64,000 bases of DNA from Chara braunii. Taxonomy: Eukaryota; Plantae; Charophyceae. The stretch covers positions 3,292,671-3,356,670 of the forward strand of contig BFEA01000003.1 of assembly GCA_003427395.1 (NCBI GenBank). Reading direction: 5' to 3'. A program made the translations under genes and the position numbers. Below, piece after piece: positions 61,799 to 64,000 of the stretch. A model generated the notes under the pieces. That model did no database searches. It had not been told where the DNA came from and saw only the letters and a program-made list of their open reading frames with translations. The stretch's first letter is position 1, and every line of letters starts with the position of its first letter.

Positions 61799-64000
61799 AT
61801 GAATTTGCAATTGAGAAATAATCAAGGGGCTGTTCCGATACTTCCCACCCCTTTCGGGAGATTTTCTGCCGTTGGCATGGCAGGTGCTATACCAAACTTT
61901 CCTCTAGGTCACGCTGTCCCATTTGCTTATGCTCACATGTCGAACCGCCAGACATATGTTTCTCATCGTGTAGGTTGGCGTGCACACTTGGAGTGGAATA
62001 CTAACTTGTATTCTGCAGGAAGGTGGCGCAAGAAACAACTCCGTCATCTTAACAATGTTGTGCAGGCGGAGCGGTTTGAGTTACAATTGCGAGGTGTTGA
62101 TCAACAACCTCTTGAGCTAGGTATGGACCCCCTCACNGTTCGAGGAGTGATTTATGCAATTGTTCATTTACCTTCTGGTCGTTTTTATGTTGGACAGACG
62201 ATGCATTCTGCACACCAAAGGCTGCAAGAGCATTGGCATACACGACACTCTTCTGCTACTTTTCACCATCCCCTTTTCTACTGCACAATGAGTGGTCAAC
62301 CAACATTCAACTTCACGGCTTCGCCCTTGGAATGCATCGATCCTACCCTGTATCATACGTCTGGAGGTCTTGTTCATCATGGCCTCTTTCGGAGGGCTGT
62401 TGCACCCCGCGAGGGTTTTTGGGTTCGAAAACTTCGAANGCTTCACCCAGTCGGTTTCAATGCAGTCCTTCCAATGGCTAGATTGCCATCTCCACGGCGG
62501 CATTTACGTCCTTCCCGATGGACACAAATGGGCCCTCAGCCGTTCGTTCCGCAATCCCCTTTTGCTCAGCCCTCACCTGCTCCACCTATTCCTGCATCAG
62601 CTAATCCTCCTCACACATCACCCCTTTTGCCGACACCCGCTGGCTCCCATGTTGCACCTCTTTTGCCAACACCCTCTCGGCCTTTGCCTCTCCTCCCAAC
62701 GCCTTCGCCTCCGTCATTTGCTATTGATCTTCGTCCAGGTCCCCAACTCATAATTCGTACCTCACTCCATCGCCTTCTTCATGAAGCTGCTTCGGGTAAC
62801 TGGTGTCGTGTCAAGGCTGACATTGAGCGGGCACAACCAGCGTGGCGGGCACGACTTTTGCAATGGCTTTATAACAATGTTTCCAATGCGGACATGACAG
62901 CAGACATTCGAGAACTCGAATGGCTCATCCGAAAATCCCAGCATACCCGCCAACGTTACACAGCACAACCTCGTGACCCGTTTACTGACCATATTAAGGT
63001 CGTACATGTGCATGAGGTAGTTCGTGCCACGAACTTGCGCCATGTGTTGCAGTTGCCAGAAGGAGCTGCATTGCACCCTGACCCGCAAGCGGCCGCACAT
63101 GTTCGTGTATGTGACAAGTTGATGCCACCCACACGTGTCCAATTTTNCAACTTTACTGATGTGGCATTGAGTGTTGCTCCTGACATGACCTTACCAGACT
63201 CCTTGAACTGCGAATGCCGCAGGGCCTTTCCACATTGTTCAGATCTTGTGGACGACCATGTTGTCTTTGTTGATTACAATATCATCTCAGACGATAACCT
63301 TCGCAAACTTTTTCAAGAAGGTTCTAAATATCGTTTGAACGGGGAGACTGTTGATGTGCTCCAAGCACTGGCAATCGGACTTGATTAGTACATTGCCAGT
63401 TACAAGAATACATTTGCTAGACACTCTCGATCTGCTTCTTTCTCGTCCCTTTCTCAAAAATTGCACAGCTGGCGTTCTGCAATCCTTGGGCATTGTCAAT
63501 CCAAAGCGACTTCGTCTTCCAATCATGTGAGCCAGCAACATTCACTTCGTTGTGCACGTGCCTCCTTACGCCATCTGCAACAACACTTTGCCATTGTNCC
63601 TGTGGACAAATCATCCCACAATTTGGCAATTTGTTGCAAGAATTGGTATTTGTTTCACCTCTCTACCCATTTGGACAGTCCCACTTATACTCGTCCTTAT
63701 GAATCCGTCGCTGATGTGCTCAACCACCATGCACTATGGAGTCACCATTGGGTTTATACCCACACTGATACCCTGCCTTACCTGTACTATGTGTTGAAAG
63801 CCCACAAGTCTCCTCCAGCTCTTCGCAGCATTCTTGGAGTCACAACACATAATACTTGTCCTGTCCCCCCACGCACTCGCTCTCGTCCTTCNATTCGCAC
63901 CATTCATGAACGACCTCCTCACAAACCCTTGGCTAGCACAACGGCTACTTCGTCCTGTCTCAGCACTGCTTTGCAAGGCGTGATCTCTACTCTTCGTGAG
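61799..64000 (+). mobile_element. Penelope-like retroelement with N-terminal GIY-YIG endonuclease (Naiad/Chlamys-type architecture); 3' part beyond the window
   Basis: GVIYAIVHLPSGRFYVGQT..RLQEH and REGFWVRKL..LHPVGFN (PLE-type GIY-YIG); Pro-rich linker; CEC..DDHVV and LRKLFQEGSKYR. After the TAG at 63386-63388 the same frame stays open for 204 codons with IVPVDKSSHNLAICCK (DKG-type motif) and LPYLYYVLKAHK..LRSILG (RT motifs 1-2). Confidence 0.88.

Overview
Gappy, repeat-rich eukaryotic nuclear DNA. The PPR gene, plant-type U6 and green-lineage Penelope element suggest a streptophyte, possibly a charophyte alga or non-seed plant (inference). Only two convincing host genes are present: an acidic/basic zinc-finger protein (1015-1998, minus) and a large P-class PPR protein (46802-50827, plus). 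There is also an unassigned proline-rich ORF (57112-59538, minus). The rest is transposon-derived: hAT-type MITEs (one with a perfect 8-bp TSD), a bounded but internally deleted Ty3/gypsy chromovirus-type element (33139-39833; TSD, PBS, PPT, gag and integrase-chromodomain, but no PR/RT/RNase H), other LTR remnants, foldback MITEs, tRNA-like heads and microsatellites. The most notable items are: (i) a Penelope-like retroelement with permuted domains (N-terminal GIY-YIG, then RT) running off the right end, whose RT half is missed by the ORF track because of one in-frame TAG; (ii) a full-length retrotransposed U6 snRNA copy with a target-site duplication 1.8 kb upstream of it; (iii) a tandem RING-like ORF between the two; (iv) an array of covarying RNA hairpins upstream of a PPT/LTR at about 18.2 kb. 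No database searches were run, so family names come from motif recognition only.
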